A DNA stretch of 64,000 nucleotides from the human T2T-CHM13v2.0 reference genome, Homo sapiens: assembly GCF_009914755.1 (NCBI RefSeq), contig NC_060947.1. One strand, given 5' to 3'. The position numbers and the translations under genes are program-made. This document shows positions 1 through 17,559 of the stretch, one piece after another; the first letter of the stretch is position 1, and every line of letters begins with the position of its first letter. The notes beneath the pieces were generated by a model. The model was given only the letters and a program-made list of their open reading frames with translations. It made no database searches and had not been told where the DNA came from.

Positions 1-765
1 GCTCTACTTGACTTTACATTTTTCTCAGTTTCTCACTATGCCCTCATTGATCACCAATACATTTGGACGTAGCTCCTTAATGAAGTCTTCACTAAAAAAT
101 GACAGTCCACACTGATCCCTCCCCTTTAAATCCACTGAATTGAATGAGCAAATAACTATTTGGTATTTATTCCATGTGTGGTAATCTGCAGAATAGCAAC
201 ATAAGTAATTGCTAATTCTTTTTTATTTTTTATCGTCTATATTTAAGGTATAAAACATGTTTGGGTATACATATACTAATAAGTTCATTAAGTATTAGCA
301 ATTGCAATTTTGTTGTTTGCTGTTAAAAAATTGTAATTGCTATTTCTTAATGAAGTTATAGTCTATGAGAAATTACATCCGTATGTTGGCAATCAGGAAA
401 AGTTTCACTACAGAGGTACATAGAAAGATGAGTAGAATTAGAATTCTGAGGGGCAGAGATGGAGGTGTAAGGGGAAGACAATGAAGCCCATTCCTAATAA
501 AGCAGCAGAACAGTAGTCTCAGCAAATGAGTAGAGGAAAGAAGCTTGTCTTGAAGGCTTACCAAATCCCAGAAACATATGCTTTTATATATGTTATATTG
601 ACCCTACGACAACAAGGAAGGTTAAGTATTATATCCTCATTTTGTAAATATAGAAATTAAGTTTCAGTGACCGTTGGTATCCAGTGTCAATCTTAGGTCT
701 GTCTGACTCCACAGCTCTTGTTCTTTCCACTAAGTTAGACTGAAGAGATCAGTCTGATCAAAATT

Positions 766-980
766 AAGAGTCAGCAAACTTTTTCTCTAAACGGCCATAT
801 AGTAAACATCTTAGGCTTCCTGGGCCATATGGTCTCTGTCCTAACTAACCTATGACATTGTAGCAGAAAGCAGCCACAGACAATACATAAAGGAATGGGT
901 ATGGCTGGGTTCCAATAAAACTTTATTTATAAAAACAGGTGGCCAGCTAGATTTGGCCCACGAGCCATTATTTGTAGACT
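766..980. mobile_element. MER58A-like hAT DNA transposon relic
   Basis: gtcagcaaacttttt...ggccatatagtaaac...ccaataaaactttatttataaaaacagg resembles MER58A. Confidence 0.7.
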
Positions 981-1229
981 ACCATAATACATTACTACCA
1001 TAATACTACCTATTACCAAATGAAGATTGTAAGGAAAAGACTACTGAGAGATAAAGCTAGAATTTGGAATTATATGGGAAAATTAACAATTATTTTCATA
1101 AATATTAGGAATTCACTGAAGACACTGGAGCACATGGAAACTGAATTGCACCTGAGGAAGATCAATGTGGAAAGTGTTATGCAGGATAGACTGGAGAAGG
1201 CAGAGAATATAGGTTTGGAAAATACATAG

Positions 1230-2900
1230 CAGATTATTTAAGCTGATGGCCTTGCCTCAGATTTGACTGAGAAAACAGAAGTGATCATATCCGATCCACT
1301 TGATCTTCTCACCAACAAACATACACAACTACCTATATTTGTACCCAAGTTCTCATTTGCCTGTTAAAATGTAGGATGTGTTTTTCCTGTTACCAAAGAC
1401 CACTCTCTATGCCGGCCCCTCCTGTTTTGCAAGAGCTTTGCAACTTTCCTTATACTTTCTCTCTTCTGTGCTCTCTCTCCAGGACTACTGGCTCATTCAT
1501 TACCATATAAATGTGCTCCAATATTTTCTATTGAGCCCACATCCCCCTCTAGCTGCCAGACCATTTCTCTGCTCCACTTTATCAGCAAATAGACAAAGGA
1601 ATTATCTGCTCATCTTATCTCCTCTTCAATCCCTCATTCCCCATTCATAACTCAACTCTTAACACTCTGGCTTCTTCCCTGATCTTCCCCTAGAACTGCT
1701 CTTGTCGAGGTCACCAGTAAACTCCATTATACCAAATCCATTGGATACTTCTTTGAGCTATTTTCCCTTGATCTTTGAGCGGTACTTTGCATTCACGACA
1801 CTACGCTGCCCTAATTTCCCACCTCCTGCCTTACTGGCTGAAAAAGCTGAGGAAGGCTTCTTTGCTGGCTCTTCCTTCTCTACCCCTCAAATGTTAGATG
1901 TTCTTAGGGATACATTCTGGGCCCTCTTCTCTTCTGACTCTACCCTCTAGCAGGTGATTTCACCAACATCCATGGATTTTATTATTATTTTAAATAGAGA
2001 GAGGGGGTCTTGCTGTGTTGCCCAGGCTGGTCTCAAACTCCTAGCTTCAAGCAATCCTCCTACCTCAGCCTCTCAAAATACTGGGATTATAGGCATAAGT
2101 TACCATGCCCATCTCTTTTAAATACCATCTCTATGTTGATGGCTTCCAAATTTATATTTCTAGTCCAGGGCTCTCTTCTAAACTTTAGGCTTGTGTTTCA
2201 ACAATCAGCTTGATATTTCTACTTGGATGCCTCACAGATCTCAAATTTCTTCCTCAAACGTGTTCTTAGTTTGAGGCTTAGTTCTTAAATTTCTTCCTCA
2301 AATGTGTCAAGCTTCCTCTTGCTTAGGAATCATCCTTGATTCCTCACTTTAATTCACACGTATGTGTGGTGCATTAATAAGTTTAGCAAGTCCGGTTGGT
2401 TTTTATGTCTATAATGTATTTCACATCTTCCCTCTTTTCTTTTTCTTTTCTCCATCTCCACTGCAAACACCTTGGTCCATACACTATCATCTCCTGCAAA
2501 GGGCTCACAAGTATTCTTCCTATTTCTAGTCTGGCCTCTGTATAATCTATATGGAGGTAGAAGTGATCATAATCATCTCAAAGTAGAAATAGGATTGGAA
2601 CACATCAGTCTACTGCTTAAAATCTTTTAATGACTTTCTATCTCACTTAAGAAAAACATTCATATCACGTAGGTCTCTCACGGCCTATAAAACCGTAAAT
2701 AATTTTTCACCATCTCTTTCTCCAATACTGCTTTATCTTACCCTTTCCCTCACTTTCTAGCCCCACTGGTTGTCCTTTTCTTCTTAACTGCCTCCAAACC
2801 TTTGTCTATATTATTTTCTTTGCCTGAAATACATCTAGTCTCCCTGTGTAGCCATCTCTTTCTTATCCTTTAGCTTAAATGACAACTCCTTAGTAAGATA
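1230..2900. mobile_element. Degenerate L2 fragments containing a FLAM/AluJ monomer (~1980-2110, minus)
   Basis: Pyrimidine-rich L2-like text (tgatatttctacttggatg, catccttgattcctc); single Alu arm. Confidence 0.6.
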
Positions 2901-3629
2901 TATCCTGATCCACTTTCCTCCATTATAAAGATTGAAGTCTGTGAATGATTTAGAAAAAGTTAAAGTATATGTTAGATACAACTTCCAAAATGTTTTCTTA
3001 AGAGAGTGTTAGCAGTCACAAAAAGACAAGAGATGGCATTTCCTTTTGATCTAGCTACAAAATCATGCATATTTTCACATTCAAATCTCTGGGACTGAGA
3101 AACAATTTTCCCTAAACCATAAATGTATTTTTTCCTTGTACACACTACATACTGCTTGCCAGAATCTACTACTTTTTCCATGTCCAGGGCTGAAGAGTAC
3201 CATTAGACATTGATCTTATTTCAAAAGAAAACATACAAAAGTTGTGGGTCAGGTGCAAGAAATCAGCTCATTATCAAGGTCCTAGTTATATATAATATCC
3301 CATTCCCATGGCCCACAATTCTTACCTGAGTTCCCAATCCTTTATTACCTCAACCCTTTGCCTAGCTTCCTGATCTCAAAGATACACAAATTATCTGTTC
3401 CTAGTCCCTGATTCTTAGTCCCTGATGACAGGTTTATCTTCTTAATTTCAAATTTACTGCTTACTTTCTGATCTCCTGGTCCTGGTTTCTTGTCCTACCC
3501 CTATCAAATAGAGAAATATGTTGGCTATTACAAATAAAACTGCTATGAACCTTCAAAAAAAGAAATATGTTTTGAAACTTACAGTAATTTTCAGAAAAGA
3601 AATGTCTCCTTCAAAAATTATTTGCCATT

Positions 3630-3939
<310 letters not shown>

Positions 3940-4179
3940 TTAAAAAATATATGTGTCATTGGAACAATAATTTTAAAACACAGGAGAATCCCTAAATTTA
4001 ATTAAGAGAGAATATTCCCTCTCTAGATGTCCTGCAGTAACATACAGACACTCCTAAGATACACAAATATCTCTAAAGAAAATTACTTAGAATAGGTATA
4101 GAATAGTGAAAGAGCTGGGATTACAAATTAAAACATGAAATCTGTATCTAATAGGTAGTGACGCAAAGGTATTAATATT

Positions 4180-4640
4180 AATCATAACAACATTTACTGA
4201 GGTGTTTCTAGAGGTGCTGGGCTCAATGCTAATTATTTTATATGCCTGATCTCACTGAATCCTCACAATCACTTTCTGAAGTCAGTATTATTAAATAAAT
4301 TTCAAAGACAAGGAAACTGAGGCTTAGAGAGGTTAAGTAACTTTCCCAAAGTCAGCCACACAGCTAGTAAATGTCAAAACTGGCTTTTGACCCCAGTTTA
4401 ACTCCATAGTCCATGCTCTTAACCGCTATGTTATACTGCCTAAATACAGAATTTCACATAGATCCAGAAGACCTGTATTCAAATTCTGACCACTTCGTTT
4501 ATAAGCTGAGTGACCTTGGGCAAGTCACTTGATCTCTTCAAGCCTTGCTTTTCTCATCTCTAAAATGAAGACTATAACTCCCTCCTAAGTTCATCAAGTG
4601 GTTTCAGGGTTTAAAGGGGATAAAGTTAAGGAATGTACTA
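4180..4640. mobile_element. Two MIR fragments in opposite orientation
   Basis: ggaaactgaggcttagagaggttaagtaac and gtgaccttgggcaagtcactt MIR cores. Confidence 0.75.
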
Positions 4641-4789
4641 TAACTGTTATCCACTGCTCTATAAAGATATGCTGCTGTGGTTACATGGCAGTCTTAGGAG
4701 CACTGATGGTGCTTTCTACTTGTAAGGATATTCCCGGATTTGAGTTCAAATGAGTGATGTTAGGCTCTAACCAGGGAGAGAACAATTTA

Positions 4790-5080
<291 letters not shown>

Positions 5081-5579
5081 TCATGATGTTATATATTTAA
5101 TATTGATATAAACTTTCCTAAAAGTTGCTAAAATATTTAAGAGAAAGTTCAAAGTATGCCAACACTCCACAACATTTACTTCTTAATAATCCCCAAAGGC
5201 TCAAAAACATTTTGCTCTGTTGTCTCTGTATCTTAGTTGCTCTAAATTTCAATTTGGAAGCTTTATTTTTCACATGACCAGGGAAAAGTGTGTGTGCATT
5301 TTCTCTACACTCCCTAAGAAACAAAAAATTACTTAGGAGATGTAAATTAACAACAACTACAAAACACTGATGGGGTATTTCTCAACTTTTCCATATATGC
5401 TTTTTCATAATAAAACACCAGATTTAACCTTTTTACTTCAAAAGAAATATGCTGGCTATTACAAATAAAACTGCTATGAACCTTCAAAAAAACATGTTTT
5501 GAAACTTATAGTAATTTTCAAAAAAGGAATGTTACCTTCAAAAATTATTTGCCATTTACTTTAAAAAACAGGTATGTCA

Positions 5580-5914
<335 letters not shown>

Positions 5915-6517
5915 TTAAAACACAGAAGGAAAATCTCTAAATTTAATTGAGAGAATATTTCCTCTCTCTAATTGAAGTCCTTATTCCTTTGTTTTCCCAT
6001 TTCATTGTTTATAGTATATAAGCTCCCACTGCTCATGAGGCTTAACTGAAAGACAAAAGAATGTAGCATTATATAAGATAATTAAGTTCTACAGATTTCT
6101 GAACAACATAACATTGTGCCTATAGTCAACAATACCGTATTGCACACTTAAAAATCTGTTAAGGGGGTATATTTGTTGTATTTTTACTACCATAATAAAA
6201 AAAAGCATATAACAAAGTGAAAGTCAGTCCACATGCAGTTGAAAAAACAATTCAGCATTCAATGTGAGGTGATAAAATAGGACTATAAAAGGATGCTTTT
6301 ATAGCACCATTGTCTATATGCAAAAGTTTTCTATAATTTAAATTTTCTAATTTGTGTCTTTAAAAAAAGCATTAAGCTTTTCTGAATTTTTCTGAATTAA
6401 CTCTAAAAGTTTGTTAGCACTCAACTCTAATAATTTTATGTAGCAAATTTATCTGAGAAGACCCTTTGATTTAAAAAGAAAACAGATTTTTTTCTTCTAG
6501 TTTTCTTTGCAGTGCTA

Positions 6518-6826
<309 letters not shown>

Positions 6827-7548
6827 TTAGTGGTAGGCTTCCTAGACAGACTGGCTTGGTGAATCTCTCTGTCTATACGTATGTGTGTGCACAATGAGAA
6901 TGTGTACACAATATGTATACAATAGGTACACAATTACCATACATATTCTTTAAACATTGTGATTGAAAATTAGAACAAGTTTAATCCACCATTTTACTTT
7001 CAATTTAAAATAATATAGAGAAAAAAATACTTGGCAAATTACATTTCTCCTTACAGTTAGAAAATGTTGTATTTTAATCTGGGAAGAACATTAAAAATGT
7101 GAAAAATTACTCAGAGAAGTTCTACTAGAAGATTTTTTTTAAAGTATAAATCAGTCTCTTGAGCTAATTATGTCTCTAAGCCTTCTTTATATGAACATTT
7201 TCTAAGTTTAATGCTTAAAAGTCCTTAGAGGAAAATAAATGCAAGTATGCGTGATTACTTGGGTGATGACAGAACAATAAAAAATGAAATCAGCATTCAA
7301 AGAATTTTGAGAAATAAATCATTTTCAAGAAAATGCTAAAAAAAAAACCCATAGTGCAGTATTTTCCGTACATAGGTTCTAGATACTTTATAATGTTCTA
7401 TTTTTCCTTCATAATACTTTAAAATTTTAAATTTATATATATTTTTGTATATCCCTTTTAAAAATTATAAGACTGTAATGAATAAGTCCTCAATGAATGA
7501 GGTCCTGGTTATTTCGTTCATCACTGTATACAATACTTTGTATTTCTT

Positions 7549-7869
<321 letters not shown>

Positions 7870-8134
7870 TAGCACACTATCTTACCCATAGTAGGCTTTC
7901 ATTAAATGACTGTCAAATCAATAAATCAAAGTGTTCCATATTATGAGACACTGAGTCTCTGGAGGACAAATTTCAGTATTATCATCAAGTAAATAGAATT
8001 TTCAAAAGTCTAAACTTAACTGGCAAAAATATTAAGAAACAATACAGGTATGATGCGTGATGGTGACGTGACACTGAAATAATACATCCTTAACCTAAGA
8101 AAATTTAGCCAAAAAACCGTATCTTCAAAACTCT

Positions 8135-8432
<298 letters not shown>

Positions 8433-8772
8433 AAAACGCTTTGTTTATTATCAGACTTTCTGTTGTGCAGGATTTGAGAGTCTAACATTTAATTCAGCAA
8501 ATATTTATTAAAGACTATTGTGAGCAAGGTACTCTGCTGGGTGCTACACAAGATACAAAGCCTGCGGGCATGGCACAGTCCCAGCTTTCAACAGATATAT
8601 GAGAATGAAGCAGAAGAGACAAGATTTCAGCAAAAAGGAAGAGGCTAAAGGAGGAAAATTAGGAGCAACACATTTTCTGAATGGCATAATGTCTGACATT
8701 TGGCTTTTAGGAAACAAGTATATTTATTAGATATATATATGATACTCTTCCATACAAACATAAAATTACTTA

Positions 8773-9006
<234 letters not shown>

Positions 9007-9364
9007 TTACTTGTATGGATCTATTTGTAAACAGATAAACATGTTAACTCATACTGCAATTATAATTATCCCCCTCAAATTCTGCCTTGAATTCACTCTA
9101 TTGATCTTTCCACACTCTCTATGGTCTCTGTGGTCCTGCATGTAACATCAGGCAATAAATATTCTGAGAATAAATCAATTAACCTTGGTGGTTTGTGAAG
9201 TTGATGACCTGTCACGCAAGGCAGTGTGTGGAGCAGCAGCAATACAGAATGAGAATTTGAGATACACATCATATATTCCAAGGGAAGGAGAAGGAGATGC
9301 TTGTATTCTGACCCCTACATCCCAACACAGTCTATTTTCCTTTTCCCTGAGGTCACTGATAGAT

Positions 9365-9585
9365 CAGAGTTTCTCAACCTTGGCATTATTGACATTTGGG
9401 GCCAGATAATTCATGGTCGTGTGGGTCTGTCCTGTGCACTGTAGGATGTTCAGCAGCATCCTTGGCCTCCACCCACTAAATGCCAGTAGGACAACTCCAT
9501 TCTGCAGTCATGACCATTAAAAAATGTCTCCAAACGTTGTCATGTGACTTGGGGAGTGGGGGATGCACAAAATCTCTACTACTGG
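9365..9585. mobile_element. MER20 DNA transposon relic
   Basis: tttctcaaccttggcattattgacatttggggccagataattc...ctgtgcactgtaggatgttcagcagcatcc. Confidence 0.8.
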
Positions 9586-10364
9586 CTTAGCTTAACTAAT
9601 CTGGCTCCTGGGCTGTGGAATACTGTTGAAGTAAATGCCATAAGCCAAAAATGCTAACTAATTCCTATACCAAAACCTGGGTCCCCTCTGAAACTGGGCC
9701 CACAATGATGATGAGTAATCTTGTCACTTCTCGCCAGTTAGTCCTTTTGCTTACTGCCATAGCAGCTATTACGAACCTTCACACTCCTTTCTTCAAGCCG
9801 CTCCATCTCAACTGGGGTAAGTGCCAGGGAAGCAGAAGTAAGGGGTGTTAATATGGTTCAAAGGAGGGGAATTTTCCTCTAGTCTGGGGATTAGGGAAGG
9901 CTTTCAAAGGGAAACCTAAAGGATGAGTAGGGCTTAGCTGCATGAAGAAGGGAGCAAAGAATCTTCCAGGCAGAGTCAGCAGTACATAGAAAGCCTCTGA
10001 ATCAAGAGCAAACGTGGCTCGGGCAAGAAGCTGAAAGGCAACTAATACCCCTGAAGCACTAAGGGGAGAGTGGTAGGAGATGAGTCTGAAGAGGTGAAAA
10101 GGGACTACACAGAGTGTCCTATTAGTTCAGATGAAGGATTTTTGAAGTTTTATCTTAAGGACATTTAGAAGGAAAATGAATGGTTTTAAGCTGGGAAACA
10201 ACTGGGTCACCTTTGGGGACTTCTGGTTTAAGACGGCAAAGTGACTGCATACTAAGCAAATCCAAGAGAACTGAAAAATCATCAGAAAGAATAATATAAT
10301 TCAGTAAGGTGGCAAGTATAAAAATCGATTTACAAAAATAAGTAGATTCCCTGTAAATATGTAA

Positions 10365-10620
<256 letters not shown>

Positions 10621-12224
10621 TAGACTCTTACAATTCTTACTATTAAGTATTTATGTCCTTCTTTTATATCTGCTCCTTATCACCTTTATCCCTTCTTCCT
10701 CCTTCTTTTCAACCTGATTTCTTTACCCAAATGTTTTTTAAGGTTTGCCTTTTAAATTTGATTGTCTTTTGCCTGAAAATATAAACCCTGATCCAAGCTG
10801 CCTGATGGCACTTTCAACCTCAGAGAGCTTTTAAAAATATGAGCCACTGGCTATAATGGGGAACTGGCAAGAGCTTGCAGATAACCCACTACATACTTCT
10901 CATTAGTCCTGGAGGAAAAAAAAAAAAAATTCCACACCACTTGCCCTCCAGGGACGATTGATGAACAAAAAGGCAAACAAAGTTAATGTTCAATTATTTG
11001 TGCTATAACTCTTTTTATCAGGAGTAAAGGTACTATGAAAATTTAACTAAATATTCGAATTGTATGTTAGATGACAGATTAAAAATAGTATGTATCTACT
11101 ATTAGTGGAAGATTAGAGTTGATGAAAAATGACAGTAAGGACAGATAAAGTGACATTAGGACCCTATAGTTAAGGGATACACAACAACTCTTAGTGGATG
11201 ATGAATGAATAATACTTTTCATATTCTATATAATGCTATTTCATGATACATTCTCAAGAACACTGATACTTGATCATGGGCAGGTCATCTTCTCTGAAAG
11301 CTTCTTTGGGGAAGAAGAAACAGTATATCTTGCATTTGCTGATTCCTAGTTTCCCTAGCCAGATACCATTAGATGAGCAGTAGTTTTTTCAGGAGCTTTT
11401 TCATAGCAGTAGCTTTTTCAAAAAGAAGGAAAAAAAGTAGAAATACTAGTACATGGATTACGTCAATACACTAGATGATTTCTGACTTTCCAATGCTTCA
11501 CTTCATATTTAGACAGAAATAGTGAAATTATATACCCGTTTGTCACAAAGCATTGAAAACTGTGGACTATATCAATTACCTACATATATGTGACTGAATC
11601 ATTTAGGGGAGAATCTTTACTGAGTCCTATATTATTAGCAGCACATAGTTTTGAGGCTGAGAAGTGGGCTCAAAGGAACATTTCCCTGCATGAAGGAGAT
11701 ACCACAGAGTGGAAGAAGGTATCCACTTAGTGGTCTCTGAGGGTCCCTTCTCTCTAACACGTAGAAAGAGAAGGAAAGGAGTCATTCCTGAAAACGCCTC
11801 CAGGTGGCAAAAACATAACAACTGACTCGGCCTGAATGCAGCTCTGTCAGACTGAATAGGAAGAATGTTTTAAAATAAGTTTTTGCTTGTGGGATTTTTC
11901 CTTTTGGCCTGAGTAGAATTAAGAGCCTTCAAAATGATATAATTTCAAAAAGATTCCTGTTTTCTGACAAAGAATAATACTATGGTCTAACTTCTGACAT
12001 CATCGGCCTATTGTGAGGTTCTAAATCTTTGGATCATTTACATTTATTCTAAATTGAATTAAAATAATAAAAAGTTCACAACTTTATACTTTGGAATAGT
12101 AAACATGGAATTCCATTTTTCTCAGCCATTAATTCCTTTACTTAAGTTAGATACATTCATTTCACATATAATTTATTTTGTAATAAAATATACCCAGTTC
12201 TATAAATATATAACAGAAATTCTA

Positions 12225-12476
<252 letters not shown>

Positions 12477-12732
12477 TTATAGTGAAGGTTAAGTGCCTCT
12501 GGGGAAAAAAAAACATTTAAGAATACTTAATATTGAAGTATAAATCTTTCAATGATGAAGGAAGAGAAAAATGAAAAGGTACATCATTATAAAAATTATG
12601 ACATGGGTATGATTTTATCTTTTATACATAACCATAGTTAGGTAAGTAACAGGTATGATACAAGGCACATAAGTCAGGGAACTACCTGAAATGTCCCCAT
12701 AATTACGTCGGCTCAAAAAGTACCAACTGTTG

Positions 12733-13025
12733 GCCGGTCGCAACGGCTCACACCTGTAATCCCAGCACTTTGGGAGGACGAGGCGGGTGGACTGCTTGAG
12801 GCCAGGTTTGAGACTGGCCTGGCCAACATGGTGAAACCCCATCTCTACTAAAATTACAAAAATTAGTTGAGCATGATGGCATGCATCTGTAATTCCAGCT
12901 ACATAGGGAGGCTGAGGCACAAGAATCGCTTGAACCCAGGTGGCAGAGGTTGCAGTGGGCCAAGATTGCACCACTGCACTCCAGCCTGGGTGACAGAGCG
13001 ACACTCCATCTCAAAAAATAAAAAA
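12733..13025 (+). mobile_element. AluS
   Basis: Full dimer; TSD accaactgt. Confidence 0.9.
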
Positions 13026-13117
13026 GAACCAACTGTCATTAAGCTAACTCACTACGTCAAATAAAAAAGTGAATAGTGTCTCCTACAGAAAAACTTCTTC
13101 CTTTTAAAAGCAGTTTA

Positions 13118-13411
<294 letters not shown>

Positions 13412-16400
13412 TTATAAAACCCAATTTCAGAGAATTGTCTTGAGAATTAAAACTGATAGGGCATATGCTAGATTTATTCACAAGTAAAGCTTCTTCACTA
13501 GGAAATGCAACTATAATAGGAGGGGAAAAGCTTTTCTTTATATTGATATTTTGAAGTGATTCCAAAGGACTTCCAGTAACTCAGTAAATACTACGTCATA
13601 TGTTTTCTAGAAATGAAAAAGTACAAAAACAGGATACATGAGTGGTGATGAAAGGGTCCTTTTAGAGACATCATGCTCCTGGCTGCTGCATTAGGAAGCG
13701 CAGTGTCGATTATATTAGTCACTTCTCCTTAGTACACTGAGTTTTGTACTTTGAGTTTAGTACATTGAGTTTCTCCTATTACAGCAGGAAGGGCAAGAGC
13801 TTGTTATTCAGGCCAGAACCCAAACATTCATTATTACTAGCTGTGGCAAGCAGGTGAGTTACTTAGATTCTCTGATGTTATAATCCCTATCTAACAGAGG
13901 TGCTGACAGGATTAAAAGAGAAAACATTCAGGCAGATTTGAAAACATAATATGACATACTGTTGTAAAGAACATTTTTCTAAAAAGTATCTAATCAACTC
14001 ATTCTATCAATGGGGGTTACAAATGAAAACATAACTGTCTATTGTCATGTGGTTTTACAATTTTTTCTAATAAAAATGTTTGCTTCATAAATAAGACATA
14101 TAGATACTACTCCTTTAAGAAAATATGCTGTATCAAAGATATGAAGCCATATTGAGGCAATGGCAAAACAGATCTTTATTTTAATATTAAAAAACCATCT
14201 TAGTTTAAATAATAATCACATGGCATATTTCCAGTTCTAAATGTTCAGCTTAACAGTAGAATATTGGGTAAATTAAAGCAATTATCTATCTCTAGCTGAC
14301 CAACAATTACTCTACATTTCTTAGGCTGTCTGATTTTAATTAGCCTGTGAAATGAGGCTGTTTAGGCAGTCTGAATCATGTTACAGAAGTTTTGTTCAGT
14401 ATCCTGGTAGGTTCCCATTCAGGTGCTTGGATATTAGTGATGACAGCAGTTTCTATTTTATAAAAATGATTGAAGGCGCTCTTATTTAAGGACATTATAT
14501 TTAACAACCAATAGAATTTTTGGCCATATCACCTTTGTGACATTTAACAACATAATTTAATGTTAATAAATAATATTACATTAGGAAAATAGATTTGATC
14601 AGTTAGCTTCAGATTAATATTACTGTAATTTCACAGAATATATTTGATTTCAGAACTAATAATTTGTTAACCTGTAGAAAACTTAGGTTTATCCAAACAT
14701 AATCTGAGAAGTTAAGATAAATTCTCATTTGCCTCAGGACCCAGACTTCATTGTGAACCCCATCTCACAACTGGCCTTTCTTGTGTGTTGGTAACTGCTG
14801 TGGACGATTTACAAAACTACAAATATCACTCTGCCTCACTTAGTGTGTCCCAAGTTCCAGCCTCAGACTTTTTCCACAGTGGTCCATGGTTTCCCTGATC
14901 CCAAGGAGAAACTATAATCACCCTATCACTACAACCAGTTTTATTTTCTAATCTATCACGGTCATGTGCAAATATTATGTTTTAAATAAATTCATCAGAA
15001 ATGAACTAAATTGTTTTTAAAATAGTTTAATGAATGATCCTCTAATAGATTTTTAAGATAAGAGTTATAGACTTTTGAAAAACAAGGCTGGGAAGGTCCT
15101 TCACAGAAACACCTAATCCAAGTGCTTTTCTTTAGTGAAAGAAATTGGAACAGGTGATTAGCTATTCTTTCCTTAAGGTCTTACAAAATATTCCATAACT
15201 CTCTTAGCAATCCAGTTTAGTATTTAGTCACACTGATGATCAATATACTCTTCAGGTCCATTTCTTCATCAGCTAGGACTAAATATTTTTAAAATTCTGC
15301 CTATACTGTGCTCCAGAACCAGGTTCCTCACCAGGGCTGGCTCATAATAAAGCTCTCACAGGTCCATGGAGAAATGTGAAAAACAGGCAAAGTAGTGAAA
15401 TTTTCATACATATACATTTATACAGTTTAAGGAGGTGCCCTTTATTATATACAATTAAGAGTTTTTTATTTTGAAAATGTTCCTTATTTTATGATATGAT
15501 AGTGCAGTCATGTTTTTCAATGCCCATATTTAAGCAAACGTGAATCAGAAGCTGACAACCATCTATTGGTTCTCATAATTTTTTAAACTCAAATTTTAGA
15601 TTATTCTCTGGATTGTAACACAAGCTCTTCACTGTTTACAAAGTTATTTATGAACTGTAAAAATTATCTCTCCATGTTTTTTTCCCTGTATTACCAAGTT
15701 TTTCTCCTGTATTCCCCCATTCAATGTTGGCTGCCACAATCAGAAAGGAAATGCAAGGACACTTCTTTCTTGCATCTGTAGTAGAAATCTTAGTGGCAAA
15801 AAATAACTGTTCCAGGTCTGTCAAATAGATGCATCTCATAATTTAAAAAACTTTACTGGTGTGTGAGATCCGTAAGCTTGCAAAAATCTGGAGAGAGCAA
15901 TCAATTTCTGGAAACATTATACTTAAGCTCAGAACAAAGTCCACAGAAAGTTAAATGTCTTTAAAACCACATGAAAATATCATCCTTAAGTGCATTTATT
16001 TTAAATTAAGAATTTAAAATTAAGAATTGAGCTTTCATTAAAAGTATCATAGATTATCTTGTTGCTCTTTATAGAAAAATGTTTTATAATGAATGGTTAA
16101 AGACACTATTATACAATCAACATTTGTATCTGTTAAAATAACCCTGAATGACCTATTAAATTAATTCTTTCTATAGTCTTTGTATAAACTAGAGAAAATA
16201 TATAACACATAAAGTTGCATTTCTGCCTATAGAATGAATTTTCAGATAATGTGTAAAAATTAATTTCAAAGTTTAATTTTTAGAATATTTTCGAAATTAT
16301 ATAAAATTCACTTTTTCAGCAGGAATTCAAAAACATCTTAAACCTCAGAATTATTTCCAAATTTAGAGTATAAGTTTTGAAAAAAAATTATTTCTAACTT

Positions 16401-17138
16401 AGAAAAGATTCCATCTAGAAACTAAAGCTTAATAACCACGACTGGGGCTAGAACAGGAAGCTGAGGAAAAGTAACATCAGAGAAAAAAACATAAAGATAA
16501 AATATTATTCACTTACCTGGCAACATTAGGCATATCATCTTAGAATTGGATATTATTCAAAATTTGTCTACAACATTTCTAACTTTGGGCTACTAAAGAT
16601 TAAGTGGTGACTTCACAAACTGTTAATTTTTTTGTGCAAAAAATATAATAATAATTCACTACCTAATTGTATTATGTACATTACTCATCTAAAATAAATC
16701 TAATGTTGAAAAAATTTGGAAGCATCAATTTAGTAAACATATTAGCAAGTAGTGAGTATATTTCAATACAGTGATTAGAATCCTGAGAAATGACATGTCA
16801 TAACAAATATGAAATTCAGATCCCAAAAGTAACATTAAGGTCCTAACTTTCTTTTATTATCTGTAATTTAAAACCATACCACTTTTTAATGAATTACTAT
16901 AACAGAACATACAACTACAAAGAAATCCCCAAGCTACACATTGTAAATGTCACAAAGAAAAGAATTATCAATGACATATAGAAAATAGCTTGAACAAAAA
17001 GCTTCTCCAAAAGAAGGCATTTCAGGAAAAATGTCAATTTTAGATAAATATAGAAAACATATACATGAGAAAAATTGTTTGTCCCTGAAAATGAGCTAAA
17101 AATAATGTAATATGTTGCCATTAAAAATGTTAAGGTCA

Positions 17139-17430
17139 GGCCAGGTGTGGTGGCTCACGCCTGTAATCCCAGCACTTTGGGAGGCCGAGGCTGGTGAATC
17201 ACCTGAGGTCAGGAGTTTGAGACCAGCCTTGCCAACATGGCGAAACCCCATCACTACTAAAAATACAAAAATTAGCTGGGCATGGTAGTGGGCACCTGTA
17301 ATCCCAGCTACTCAGGAGGCTGAGGCAGGAGAATCGCTTGAACTCAGGAGGCAGAGGCTGCAGTGAGCCAAGATCAGGCCATTGCACTGCAGCCTACATG
17401 ACAAGAGCGAAACTCCGTCTCAAAAAAAAA
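17139..17430 (+). mobile_element. AluS
   Basis: Full dimer; TSD gttaaggtca. Confidence 0.92.
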
Positions 17431-17559
17431 CAGTTAAGGTCATGAAAATGTAAATTATGTTAGCAGAAACAATTCAACAAGATTCATTTTTTTTCTACTT
17501 AAAAAAAATATTCCATAGACCAGAAATGTATATTAAGTACAGGAATAAAGGGTGAGAAT

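Noticed and set aside
14200-14700. Repeat-poor intron 7 stretch with TAAT homeobox-like motifs (possible retinal enhancer)
   Set aside because: Such motifs are too common in AT-rich DNA to call without conservation or chromatin data.
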